The position numbers and the translations under genes were made by a program. A stretch of 64,000 nt of DNA from Lama glama (lineage: Eukaryota): positions 100,938,001-101,002,000 of the forward strand of contig CM052817.1 in the NCBI GenBank assembly GCA_028534125.1. Reading direction: 5' to 3'. Of the stretch, positions 26,455-38,728 are shown one piece after another (position 1 is the first letter of the stretch; every line of letters starts with the position of its first letter). The notes beneath the pieces are model-generated. The model saw only the letters and a list, made by a program, of their open reading frames with translations. It searched no databases and was not told the origin of the DNA.

Positions 26455-26881
26455 CAGTGCTAGCTGGAGCTGGCTCATACTGACCTGCAAGAGCTGTTTG
26501 TTAAATTTGCAAGAACTTTATAAGCCAGATGTTAAACACAGACATTGTTTTACAATTAAACTGTATAAAGTATAATTAAATACATATATTTAAAACAAAG
26601 ATGATAAATACTTAAACTTGTCAGTTTCTAAATATTTTACTATATTTCACTATTATCTGTCCTCTTGTGTCTATGGTATTTCTCTGGTGGAAATACTGAA
26701 TAGTGATTTGGCACTATTGTCATCTCTTCCAACCTCTGAATTCAGTGAGGTTGTGTTGGCAGCTTGAAGTTGGCCATAGTGAACCAATGACACCATGGAA
26801 ATGGGCAAAGTAGGGCTTATCATTATTATTATTATTTCAACTTGGTGAACCCGTTGTTAAACATTTACTGGCACATCACTG
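26455..26881. mobile_element. MER63-like hAT-Blackjack element
   Basis: CAGTG...CACTG ends; gctggagctggctcatactg and gttaaacatttactggcac motifs; degenerate 8-bp TSD aaataatt/aaagcatt. Confidence 0.78.
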
Positions 26882-27329
26882 AAAGCATTGTTCTTTTATT
26901 CAGTGAATGTGTGCTGGGTACTCTTTATAAGTGCTTTGAACATATCTTCCCTCAAATATTAATCTGAGATGTGTATATTTCTTAATTTTATAGATGAGAA
27001 AAATAAGTAACAAAGATCACAAAGCAGCTGCTGTATTGCAGGGCTTGGATTTTTTGTTTCTCATATTTCAAACTCTAATTATATCACGCAGTCTCTCAGA
27101 GGCTGTGAAATAAGTTTTATATAGAGGTCATGTTTGAGTTGAACGCTAAATTATGGACAGAATTTTACTAAATATGAAGATAAAGGAATATTTTAAACAT
27201 TAAAAACTGTTTGAGCAAGTGTTCAGGTACCAAAGTGCATTTCTCCAGAAATAACAAGTAAGTAGATGCAGTAGTAGAGGGTCTTTAGAAGGGTAAAGAG
27301 CAGTAAAGCCTGAAAAATTGGTTGGACCC

Positions 27330-27676
27330 TATTGTGAGGTCCGTTCCAGCTGCTGTAACAAAGTACCACAAACTGGGTGGCTAATAAGCAAAGAAAAACA
27401 TTTCCCAAAGTTCTGGAAGCTGGAAGTGCAAGATCAGGGTGCCAGCATGGTCAGGGTCTGCTGAAGGCCCTCTTCCCGGTTGTGCACTGTTAACTTCTTA
27501 CTGTGTCCTCACTTGGTGGCAGGGGCTGGGGAGCTCTGTGGGATCTCTTTTATAAGAACATCAATCCCATCCATGAGGGCTCTCCCTCCCAAAGGCCTCC
27601 CCTCATACCATCGCACTGGGCATTAGGATTTCAACTTACGATTTTTCAGGGGAATACAAACATTGAGACCATAGCA
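27330..27676 (-). mobile_element. MLT1A-type MaLR solo LTR
   Basis: gctgctgtaacaaagtaccacaaactgggtggct ... cattgagaccatagca; flanks gaccc/gacct. Confidence 0.88.
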
Positions 27677-28289
27677 GACCTTAAATAACATGAATTGTGA
27701 AACTAAAGAGATTCTATTTTTATTTCCAAAGAACATTATTATTCCCCAAAGCCTTTTTTGTAATTATTTTGAGTGTCTAGTTTAAATTCAAATCCAATTT
27801 CAATTTCAGTTTAAAGCATCAGTTCAGTACCATGAATGGTTTTTGTCCAGGGAGGTGACATGGAGTTTTTTGTTTTGCACACCATTCTACCAATTTGTGT
27901 GTTGGCTATTAACTTCCATTACTATAATTAACTTTTAGTAAATGATGTTCCTAAAAGTAGATCATTCTTTGTGGGTAAGGAAATTAATAGGTAATAGCTG
28001 GAATGTTTGTTTATCTTTTGGCAAATAAGTACTACCTACCTTATGGCATAAAGGATTGTTAGTTTATTATTATACTTCTCATTTTCAGAACAGTTGTTTC
28101 CTCTGTAAAGTTACAAACTAAAACAACACATAGTTCCACTGCTGTAATTTTCTCAGCTGTATCTGCGTCATGAACCTATTTACTCCTCACCTCCTCCAAT
28201 CTACTGAATCTTTTTTGCAATATTCTCTGCCTTTTAATATTCCACTGAATGCTTCTCTTCAGCTTTTCCTCTCTTATCGTTTCATGCCA

Positions 28290-28905
28290 TTGCATCCCTA
28301 CAATGATAACTCCTAGGTTTATGTCTTCAGCTTAGAGCTCTACACCTGCATTATTGAAATTACTAATGTACTGGTGGACATGGATACCCTACCAACATTC
28401 TCAGATTCAGAATGTCCGTGAACATGTCCTCTGACCTTTTCCCACCAAATAAATCTCCCACTTTTCCCACTTTGGCAAGAGTCATGTTCATCTTTCTAGT
28501 TGCCCAAACACAAATTGGGCAGAAGGCAGGTAAGGGACGTAGGTCATCAGCCTACATGCCTCCTCAGTTTTAATCCCCCACAACCCAGTCACTGTCAAGT
28601 CTCACACTTCTACCTTCTAAATAACTCTTGAGTCTACCTTCTTCCATTTCCACAACTTTAATTTAGATCTTTATTTTTCCTTACTTGAACTGTAAAATAG
28701 CCTCCTAAATAGTTTTTCTACTTCTCGTCTTTCCTTCCTTCCCTTCAGTCTAACCTCCTACCAGACTGTTTTCTGAAAAAATTAATTGGTCAGATTCTTC
28801 GACTTCTTTCTCTCTATCCCTTTCAGGGGAAGTTCACACTTTGGGGCTGGCATTTATAAAGCTTATTCATCATAATAATCTCCTGCATACTTTTCTAGCC
28901 TCCTT
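28290..28905 (+). mobile_element. L2 fragment
   Basis: L2-like pyrimidine-rich body (aatagcctcctaaatag, ctgcatacttttctagcctc). Confidence 0.6.
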
Positions 28906-28914
28906 GGTATTTTT

Positions 28915-29345
28915 ATTTTTAAAACTTTAAATTTTTATTAAGTTTCATACAGACAACTTAATCTCTTTACCCAGATTCACCAATCATTGTTCTGTCCCAT
29001 TTACTTTAACATTTTCTATGTATAGTTTCTTCTTTTTTGAACCATTTGAGAGTGATTTGCAGACATCAGGTCCTTTTATGCCTAAGAACAAGGACTTTCT
29101 CTTATATAACCTCAGTACATGTATCAAAATTACAAAATGTATTTAGGAAATTGGTACAATACTGTTATTTAATCCAGTTGTTCCAGTAATAACCTTTACA
29201 ACTAGTTTTTTCCTACTTTGTGATCCAGTCCATATTGTGCATTGTGTTTAGCTGTCATTTATCTTGTCTTCTTTTATGCTGCAGTAATTCATCTACTTTT
29301 GTTTTTTATGAGCTTAACCTTTTTGAAATATGCAGGCCAGTTTTT
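28915..29345 (-). mobile_element. Old L1 (L1MC/ME) 3'UTR fragment
   Basis: ttgaaccatttgagagt...cctaagaacaaggac motif. Confidence 0.7.
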
Positions 29346-30269
29346 CCGCTATTTCCGTAATCTTTGGTCTTTATTATTATTTCCTTCCTATAGCTTACTT
29401 TTAGTTTAATTTGCTTGTTTTCTATTTTCTTAGAGTGCAATCTTAGATTGTCAGTTTAAGATCTTTCTTTTTTTTTTTTACTCTTTTACTGAGTAATAGT
29501 CATTTTACAATGTTGTGTCAATCTAATGTAGAGCACAATTTTTCAGTTATACATGAACATATATATATTCATTGTCACATTTTTTTTTTGCTATGAGCTA
29601 CCACAAGATCTTGTATATATTTCCCTGTGCTATACAGTATAATCTTGTTTATCTATTCTGCATTTTAAAATCCCAGTCTGTCCCTTCCCACCCCCTGCCC
29701 GCTTGGCAACCACAAGTTTGTATTCTATGTCTATGAGTCTGTTTCTGTTTTGTATTTATGTTCTTTTTTTGTTTTTTTTTTTCTAGATGCCTCATATAAG
29801 CGATCTCATATGGTATTTTTCTTTCTCTTTCTGGCTTACTTCACTTAGAATGACATTCTGCAGGAACATTCATGTTGCTGCAAATGGTGTTATGTTGTCG
29901 GTTTTTGTGGTTGAATAGTATTCCATCGTATAAACATACCACAGCTTCTTTATTCAGTCATCTGTTGATGGACATATAGGCTGTTTCCATGTCTTGAATA
30001 TTGTAAATAGTGCTGCTATGAACATTGGGGTGCAGGTGTCTTTTTGCAGTAGGGTTCCTTCTGGATATATGCCCAGGAGCGGGATTCCTGGGTCATATGG
30101 TAAGTCTATTCCTAGTCTTTTGAGGAATCTCCATACTGTTTTCCACAGTGGCTTTCCTTGCTTCCCTCTCCCACTGTTAATGATTTAGATGTCTTCTTTT
30201 ACAATTTTGTCTTTATTCTTTTTGTAATTCATGGCAGTTATCTCCTTTCCAGTTACGAGTTTCTCATTT

Positions 30270-31434
30270 TTGTAGCATCCTGCTTCTTTTCTATTTGGAG
30301 TAGACCTGTGAATATTTCTTTTAGCATGGGTTTAGTGTTGCTAAACTCTTTCAGTTTTTGCTTGTCTGTGAAGTTTCTTATCTCTCCTTTTCTAAAGGAT
30401 AGCCTTGCTGGATAGAGTATCCTAGGCTGTATCTTTTTTTCATTCAGGACTTTGAATATATCTTGCCACTCCCTTCTGGCCTGTAGTGTTTGTGTAGAGA
30501 AATCAGCTGAGAGCCTTATGGGGGTTCCCTTTTAACCCACTCTTTGTTTTTCTCTTGCTGCCTTTAGGATCATTTCTTTATCCTTGACTCTTGCCATCTT
30601 GATTAGGATATGTCTTAGTGTGGGTCTGTTTGGGTTCTTCCTGTTTGGGACCCTCTGAGCCTCCTGACTNNNNNNNNNNNNNNNNNNNNNNNNNNNNNNN
30701 NNNNNNNNNNNNNNNNNNNNNNNNNNNNNNNNNNNNNNNNNNNNNNNNNNNNNNNNNNNNNNNNNNNNNNNNNNNNNNNNNNNNNNNNNNNNNNNNNNNN
30801 NNNNNNNNNNNNNNNNNNNNNNNNNNNNNNNNNNNNNNNNNNNNNNNNNNNNNNNNNNNNNNNNNNNNNNNNNNNNNNNNNNNNNNNNNNNNNNNNNNNN
30901 NNNNNNNNNNNNNNNNNNNNNNNNNNNNNNNNNNNNNNNNNNNNNNNNNNNNNNNNNNNNNNNNNNNNNNNNNNNNNNNNNNNNNNNNNNNNNNNNNNNN
31001 NNNNNNNNNNNNNNNNNNNNNNNNNNNNNNNNNNNNNNNNNNNNNNNNNNNNNNNNNNNNNNNNNNNNNNNNNNNNNNNNNNNNNNNNNNNNNNNNNNNN
31101 NNNNNNNNNNNNNNNNNNNNNNNNNNNNNNNNNNNNNNNNNNNNNNNNNNNNNNNNNNNNNNNNNNNNNCTAGCCTGCTTTGCACAGCCTTTAGGTCAGC
31201 TCTCATCTCAGCAAATGAGTTTACTAATTCTACTTGGTTGTTCTTCATAGCTTCTATTTCATTTTTGACATATTTTATATCTTGAAACTCTTTTAGTCCC
31301 TTCAGTACTTTGATTACTCCTTTTTTGAAATCTTGATCTAGTAGGCCATCAATGTCTATTTCCTTGATCATGCTGTTAGGGGATTTCTCTTGATCTTTTA
31401 ATTGGGAGTCGTTCCTCTGCTTCTTATTGCTCAT
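30270..31434 (-). pseudogene. L1 ORF1p, disrupted (premature TAA at 30534-30532, gap inside); end approximate
   Basis: QEAQRVPNRKNPNRPTLRHILIKM...ILKAAREKQRVG* continues KGTPIRLSADFSTQTLQARREWQDIF...PRILYPARLSF after the stop. Confidence 0.9.
30670..31169. other. Assembly gap (500 N) inside L1 ORF1
   Basis: Run of exactly 500 N. Confidence 1.
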
Positions 31435-32708
31435 ATCTCTCTGGCACTACAGCTTAAGGAGTATCAGTTATCTAGTTCTGGAGACGGTGTGCTCTTAATG
31501 ATTTTTTCAAGAGGTCTTTGTGTCTTCACCCTGTTTTGCGAACTCAGCTTGCTGTTTCCAGAGGCCCTCTGTTGGCTCCCTCGTCTGTGCTGCTCCCAGT
31601 GGCTGTCGGCTAGCAGATCATGCCCCTTCCCAACACTGGGTCAGGTGCTGAGCTCTTACCTGGTGGGCGGGTTGGTCACTCCCCCTCCCAATGCTGCAGT
31701 CAGATGCTGCGCTCTGGCGAGGCAGGTGGGCAGATCGCGTCCCCTCCCAGCATCGTGGTCAGGTGCTGTGTTCCTCGGGGTCAGTGCTCTGAGGAGGCCT
31801 CAGGGAAGACTGCAGAACAGCCCCACCCTTGCTCCTTACCGAATCTCAGCACCTTGTTTGTCTTGGTGGTGTGAGTTCTCTGAGGTGCCAGCGCAGAAAG
31901 ATCCTATCTGCCTCAGGCTGTAAACAAGTCTCAGTCCTGTCTAGGAGGTTGTGGAGCCCCTGGGTGTGGATTCAGATCTCGGCCCCTCCGCTGCCTGGGC
32001 GCTGCGCACAGGAGGAGATGGCAGCTGTGGCTGTGCCCCACCTCTCTTCTCTCAAGAAGCGCCAGTCATGGCGGCGCAGGTCAGAGGAGACAAAGGCTAT
32101 GGCGCCCCTTCCCCCAGGGCACATCAGCCATGTTGCTTTGCTTTTTTCGCAGTTTATAGGGGACTGAGGTGGTTAGGCTCCGTATCCCCTCCCAGCCATG
32201 ATGCGCAGCACCCTGCAGTCGCCCAGGGCTGCCTCAATGCAGCCGCCCCAGTCCTCTGCCCAACTTGGGCGGCCTGTCCTGGCCCCCAGCTGCCAGCTCG
32301 TGTCTTGGGCTGGGTGTTGTGGGGACCCTTTGTGCCCATTTAACTCAGTTCTGTCGGTCAAGGGGTGCTCAGGGCAGATCTGAGCCTCGGAGGCTCCCCC
32401 TCCATCCCGCTGGCCTCTCCATTGGAGAGGGGAGACCCAGTGAACGCGCGCCAGTCCTCCTTTGCCGCTCCCTCCCTGCAGGATCGGTCCTGCACTGTTT
32501 TGCTTTTTCTTCTTTCTTTTTTCCTTTTCTCCTACCAGATTTTTGGCATCTTTGTGTTTTGAAGAGGGCGATGTTCTGTCGGAGTTTGGCAGGTGCTCTT
32601 GGTTGGCTGAGTATGTCTGTAGATGAGAGTTTTGGTGTGTATTTGTGGGAGAGGGTGAGCTACAAGCATCCTTCTACTCCGCCATTTTGCTTCTCTAAGA
32701 TCTTTCTT

Positions 32709-35300
32709 CTATTTGAATACAAGTATTTAAAGTTATAAGTTTCTTTCTAAGCATTTTGGGTGCATCCCACAAATATCGATACATTGTATTTTCATTATCA
32801 TTCAGTTCAAAATATTTTCTTTCTAGTGATTTTTCTCTTTTTTCCATTAATTATTTAGATGTGTTGTTCAGTTTCTAAATGGGGTGAGAGGAGGTTCTGC
32901 ATATCTTCTTGTGATTAATTGTAATTAAATTCCACTGTGGTCAGATAACATACTCTGTGGTTGCATCTTTTAAAATTTATTGAGTTTTGTTGAGCCCATA
33001 ATATGATCTGTTTTGCTAAACATGTCATGTTCATATGAAAGTAATGTGTATTCTGCCGTTATTAAGTTTATTGTTCTGTAAATATCAGACAAAGGTGGCT
33101 GATAGGGTTCAGAACTTGTGTGTCTATGCCAGTTTTCTTTGTCTAGTTGTTCTTTCAATTGCACTGAGCTTCGTGGCAAAGTCTCCAAGTATGAATGTGG
33201 ACTTCTCTGTTTCTCCTTTTAATTCTGTAAGTGTTTGTTTCATTTGTTTTGAAGCTCTGTTATTGGGACCAACATACACATTTATGATTGTTACATATTC
33301 CTGATGAATTGACCATTTTATCATTATGAAACGTCCCTGGTAATTATCTCTGATAATAGTTTATTAAAAACCTGTTTCATCAGATATTAATAAAGCCATG
33401 CTGACGTTCTTACAGCTACTCTTTGCATGGTTTACCTTTCTTCATCCATTTATTTTCAGTCTATTTATATCTTTGTTATTAAAGTGCATCTCACATATAT
33501 GGCATATAGTATGGTCATTAAAAAAATACATTCTGACTGTCTCTGCCTTTTAACTGAAATGCTTACTCCAATAATATTTAATGCAGTTATTGATATGGTT
33601 GATTTTGTATCCACCCCTTTAGTTTCTTTGTTTTTTACTTTTCTATGTTTTCCTTCTCCTCTTCTTTTACTGTCTTTTTATTATTTGAAAATTTTAAAGG
33701 ATGCCATATTCATTTTCTTGATAACTTTTTAGCTTTACTTCTTTGCATTATACTTTTAGTGGTTGCTATAACAGTTATAGTATATATCTTAAACTTCATG
33801 TTTCACTTACAATTACTAACACACTGCTGCACTTAAGACAAAAATTTAGCAACCTTTTAAGGCCATATTTCCGTACCCTCCCACCTTGTTCTTTGATATA
33901 GATATTTTATATATATTACATTTAGATACATTATAAACCACAGAAATGATGTTATAACATTTGCTTCAAGCAGTTGTGTGGTTTATAAAGAAACTGAGGA
34001 AGAGGCAAAAAGAAAAAGAGTGGTCTTTTGCATTTACCCAAGTAGTTACTATTTTATTTCCTTCTCATTCTTTTCTGAATATCCATCTTCCTATCTGGTT
34101 TTATTTCCTTTCAGCCTGAAGAACTTCCTTTAGCATTTCTTGGGGTACAGGTCTGCTGGTGATGAGTTCTTTTAGTTTTATCTGAAAATACCCTTAATAT
34201 TCTTTTCTAGTTCTTCAAAGATATTTTCACTGGATATGGAATGCTGGGTAGATGGTTTTCTTCTTTTTCTGCAATGTTCCACTGTCTTCTGGCCTTTATA
34301 ATATCTGATAAGAAATCAGCCATTAGTTGGATTGTTGTTTCCTGATAGTAATATATTGTTTTTCTCTTGCTGCTCTAGAAGTTAGCTCTTTATCTTTGGT
34401 TTTAAATAATTTGACTGTGTGATGTCCCTTGGCATGGATTTTGTGTTTATTCTGCATCATGTTCATTAAGCATCTTGAATCTATAAATTTTTGTCCTTCA
34501 TCAAGTTTGGGGAAAGTTTGGCCATTAATTCTTAAAATACATTTTCTGTTCAATTTTTCTCTCTCCTTCTTCTGGTATTTTAATTACACATAAATTGGAA
34601 TAGTTAATATTGGCTTATAGGTCTCTGAAGCTCTTTTTCTTCAGTTTTCTTTTCTCTTTGTTCTTTACCTTGGATAATTTATATTGATTTAATTTAGCTT
34701 TACTTTTTACCCTGGTATCTTTTTCTGGCTAAGTCCATCCAGTGATTTTTTTCTTTGAAAAATAGTTTTCAGTTCTAGAGTCCATTTGCCTCATTTTTAC
34801 TGTTTATTTTTCTGTGCTGAGATTTTCTATTTTTTCACTGAGATTTGATTCATTAAAAATATTTTGCTTTACTTAATTGAAGGTATTGTAGTAGCCTTTT
34901 TAAAATCCATATCTGTTTCTTCCAATCTCTGGCTCATCTCAGATTAGATGGATTTTCTTTTCCCTTGGAAATATGTTTTATCTTCTTGGTTCATCATATG
35001 TCTGGTAATTTTAGATTGCATTTTGAACTTGAGATGTGGAAATCTTAGATTCTGTTATTTTTCTCGAATGAGTATTGCTTCCTTTGTTTTGGCTGATAAT
35101 TTTCTCAGCTGGACTTACATTAGAGATATTGTTTGTTGGATGGCAGCTCTGGTCTCAATTCAGATATTTTGTCATTAGCTGCATTCAGTAGAGTCTGTTC
35201 TGTGCAGGTGCATTTAGGGGTTAGTCAGACATAAGAGTAAAAAGAGTGTGAGGATCCTCTTTCTGGATCTTTCCTTGTTAGGATTCCTCCATTCCCTTTA
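32709..35300 (-). mobile_element. Old L1 (ORF2 endonuclease region, ORF1, 5' part), host of the young L1; continues at ~29365-29469
   Basis: Minus peptides IHQEYVTIINVYVGPNNRAS..ILGDF (EN) and TAEYTLLS..FSKTDHI; ORF1-like KDKELTSRAAREKQYIT. Confidence 0.85.
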
Positions 35301-35309
35301 TTGCTTCTT

Positions 35310-37437
35310 CTTTTTTTCTTTTTTTTTAATTGAAGTATAATTGGTTTACAGTGTTGTGTTAGTTTCTGTTATACAGCATAGTGATTCAGTTACACACATA
35401 TATATACACGGTCTTTTTCATATTTTTTTCGTTATAGGTTATTATAAGATATTGAATATAGTTCCCTGTGCTATACAGTAGGGCCTTATTGTTCATCTAT
35501 TCTGTTTATACTAGTTTGTATCTGCTAATTCCAAACTCCCAGTTTATCCCTTGCTGCCCCACCCTTTCTCCTTTGGTAACCATAGTTTGTTTTCTGTATC
35601 TGTGAGTCTGTTTCTGTTTTATAAATAAGTTCATTTGTGTCTTTTTTTTAGATTCCACATATAAGTGATATCATGATATTTATTTTTCTCTGACTTACTT
35701 CACTTAGTATGATAATCTCTAGGTCCATCTATGTTGCTGCAAATGGCATTATTTTATTCTTTTTATGACTGAGTAGTATTCCATTGTGTGTGTGTGTTTA
35801 TCACATCTTCTTTATCCAGTCATCTGTCAGTGGACATTCAGGTTGCTTCCATGTCTTGGCTGTTGTAAACATTGACAGTGCATGTATCTTTTCTAATTGG
35901 AGATACATGGCCAGGAGTGGGGTTACTGGGTCGTATGGTAAGTCTATTTTTAGTTTTTTAAGGAATCTCTATACTGTCATCCATAGTGGCTACACCAGTT
36001 TACGTTCCCACTAACAGTGTAGGAGTGTTCCTTTTTCTCCATACCCTCTCCAGCATTTATGGTGGACTTTTTAATGATGGACATTCTGACCAGTATGAGG
36101 TGATCCCTTATTGTAGTTTTGATTTGTATTTCTCTGATAATTAGCAATACTGTGTATCTTTTCATGTGCCTGTTGGCCATCTGTATGTCTTCTGTGGAGA
36201 AATGTCTGTTTAGATCTTCTTCCTATTTTGTGATTGGATTGTTTGGTTTTTTGATATTGAGTTGTATGAGCTGTTTGTATATTCTGAAAGTTAAACCCTT
36301 GTCATTTGCAAATATTTTCTCCCAGTCCGTAGGTTGTCTTTTTGTTTTGTTTATGGTTTCCTTTGCTGTGCAAAAGCCTATGTTTAATTAGGTGCCATTT
36401 GTTTATTTTTGCTTTTATTTCTATTGCCTTTGTAGACTGACCTAGGAAAATACTGCTACAATTTATGTCAGAATATTTTGCCCGTGTTCTCTTCTAGGAG
36501 ATTTGTGATGTCCTGTCTCATGTTTAAGTCTTTAAGCCATTTTGAGTTTGAGTTTTTTTTTGTGGTAGTGTGAGGGAATGTTCTAACTTCATTATTTATA
36601 TATGGCTGTTCAGCTTTCCCAGCATCACATGCTGAAGAAACTGTATTTTCTCCATTGTATATTCTTGCCTTCTTTGTCGAAGATTGACCGTAAATCTGTG
36701 GGTTCATTTCTGAGCTCTCTTTTCTGATCCATTGATCCATGTCTGTTTTTGTGCCATACCATACTGTTTTAATTGCTGTAGTTTTGTAGTACTGTCTGAA
36801 TTCTTGGTGGGTTATGCCTCCAGCTTCATTCTTTTTCTTCAGTATTGCTTTGGCAATTCTGAGTCTTTTGTGAGTCCATATAAATTTTAGGATTATTTGT
36901 TCTCTTTATGTGAAAAATGTCATGGGTAATTTGATAGGGATCACATTAAATTGGTAGATTGCTTTGGGTAGTATGGCCATTTTAACAATATTAAATCTTT
37001 TAGTCCAAGAGCATGGGATAGCTTTTCATTTCTTTAAATCATCTTTAATTTCCTTTATCAATGTTTTACATTCTCAGTGTATAAGTCTTTCACCTCCTTA
37101 GTCAGGTTTATTCTTAAGTATTTGGTTTCTTGATGCAATTTTAAAAGTTTTTTTTCTTTTTTACTTTCCTTTTGTGATATTTCATTGTTAGTGTTAAGAA
37201 ATGCAACTGAATTCTGTATGTTAATCTTGTAACCTGCTGTTTTGCTGAATTCATTTATCAGCTCTAGTAGTTTTTGTGTGGAGTCTTTAGGATTTTCCAT
37301 ATATAGTATCATGTCATCTGCATATAGTGACATTTTTACCTCTTCCATTTCAATTTGGATCTCTTTTATTTCTTTTTCTTTTCTGACTGCTATGGCTAGA
37401 TTTCCAGTACTGTGTTGAATAGAAGTGATGAGAGTGT
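35310..37437 (-). mobile_element. 5'-truncated L1 of intermediate age (L1MA9-like), RT-to-3' end
   Basis: Minus [37 protein letters not shown] (RT YADD); polyT start; typical 3'UTR. Confidence 0.92.
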
Positions 37438-37599
37438 CATTCCCATTAATTTTATTAGCCTAACTCTTCTCCAGCTCAAAAAGACTAGTTTTCTACTGTG
37501 TGCTGTCACAACTACTGGGTGCGCAGTATGGGTAGGACTTAGTTTTAGGCTAAAATCCAAGGAGATGGAAATTTGCTTGCATGGCTCATTTCACACATG

Positions 37600-38070
37600 T
37601 TCTTGCCACTGGCTGCCTCTCTGACATTTTCTTCTGTTTTCCTCTGGCTCTTCTCTCAAGCTGCATGGTCGTCTTGGCATTCCTTGAAAAGCTGAGCATG
37701 TTCCCATCTCTTCATCTATGTATTTACTATTCCCTCTGCCTGGAATGCTGTACTCCCAGGTATCTTTATGGCTCACTCCCTCACTTTATTCAGGTCTCAC
37801 AAAAATGCTGTATCTCTTCAGAGGTTTTCTCTGATCACTGTCTTTAAAACAGCACATTTATGAACACGTGTAGATACATGTGCCCATTAGCACTTACAAC
37901 TGTATGATGTGTGTATGTATCAGTTTGTTTTCGCCAACTAAGATGTAAGTTCTATGAGGGTAGAGAGTTTTGTCTGTTTTGTTCACCACTCTATCCTTTT
38001 TGTCTGAAATTACGCCTTGTGCATTAGAGAGTTCAATAAATTAGTTGAACGATGAATATGTGAATGAATA
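37600..38070 (+). mobile_element. L2a 3' end
   Basis: ttccctctgcctggaatgct...ttttgtctgttttgttcacc...caataaattagttgaa...gaatgaat. Confidence 0.82.
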
Positions 38071-38599
38071 ATCACTGTTCCAGCCAAGTCGCTTTACTTG
38101 CAGCTTCTAGAATATACTAGACTCTTTTTCTGCTGTGCTTTTTTTCCTTCTATTTAGAATCCCTCAACTGTTCCCATCTGTCATCCTATAAGATACAGCT
38201 TAAATATCACCTCTGATTAACACATTGATTGCCCACTGTGGATCAGGTGTGTTTCCTGCGGGCCCAAATTCACACTTCACTGTAGTGTAATGCATTAACA
38301 GTGTATGTGTTCATCATTAATCTGTTTTTCCAATATAATTGGAATTGTTTTCAAAAAACAATTGCTTTTCTTATTTTCAATTTTCAACCTCTTTACAGTT
38401 TTATTTCTTCTTGGAATGTCATTATTCTGCACAAAATAAATCAGGTAATGGGATAGTCTTGGATGCCGTGGCATTACTTTGATATTCATTAGCTCAAGAG
38501 TGATACACGATCCGATTAGTAGAACCGATAGATAAGCAGTTGTTTAGAATGGTACTCCATTCGCCTGCTCTGTTCGACACCGCTCGGCAGTTTTATTCT

Positions 38600-38728
38600 G
38601 TGTCTCAAAGTCTCTGTGTCCTTGAAGTATTGTCTCCACTCATTTTAGTGGAGAACTAATTCCACAGAAAGTTTTCTGCATGCAAACTTCATTTCAGAGA
38701 CTCTTTCCCCAGAATCCAGACTAAAGCA
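38600..38728 (+). mobile_element. ERVL-type LTR 3' end relic
   Basis: ctgcatgcaaacttcatttcagagactctttccccagaatccagactaaagca resembles LTR16/LTR33-type termini. Confidence 0.4.

Larger units (their letters stand above)
29470..32695 (-). mobile_element. Young camelid L1: full 5'UTR, ORF1, ORF2 almost wholly deleted, 3'UTR and polyA
   Basis: 13-bp TSD TAAGATCTTTCTT (29457-29469 / 32696-32708); 5' end AAAATGGCGG (YY1-type); CpG-rich 5'UTR; ORF1 from 31434; only ORF2 C-terminus (30151 to ~29785) left. Confidence 0.93.

Noticed and set aside
31402..32738. + strand ORFs of 110-170 aa
   Set aside because: Antisense to a GC-rich L1 5'UTR, mostly non-ATG starts; no evidence for an ORF0-like product
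37058..37348. Reverse-transcriptase YADD ORF
   Set aside because: Fragment of a 5'-truncated, frameshifted L1 ORF2, not a functional RT system
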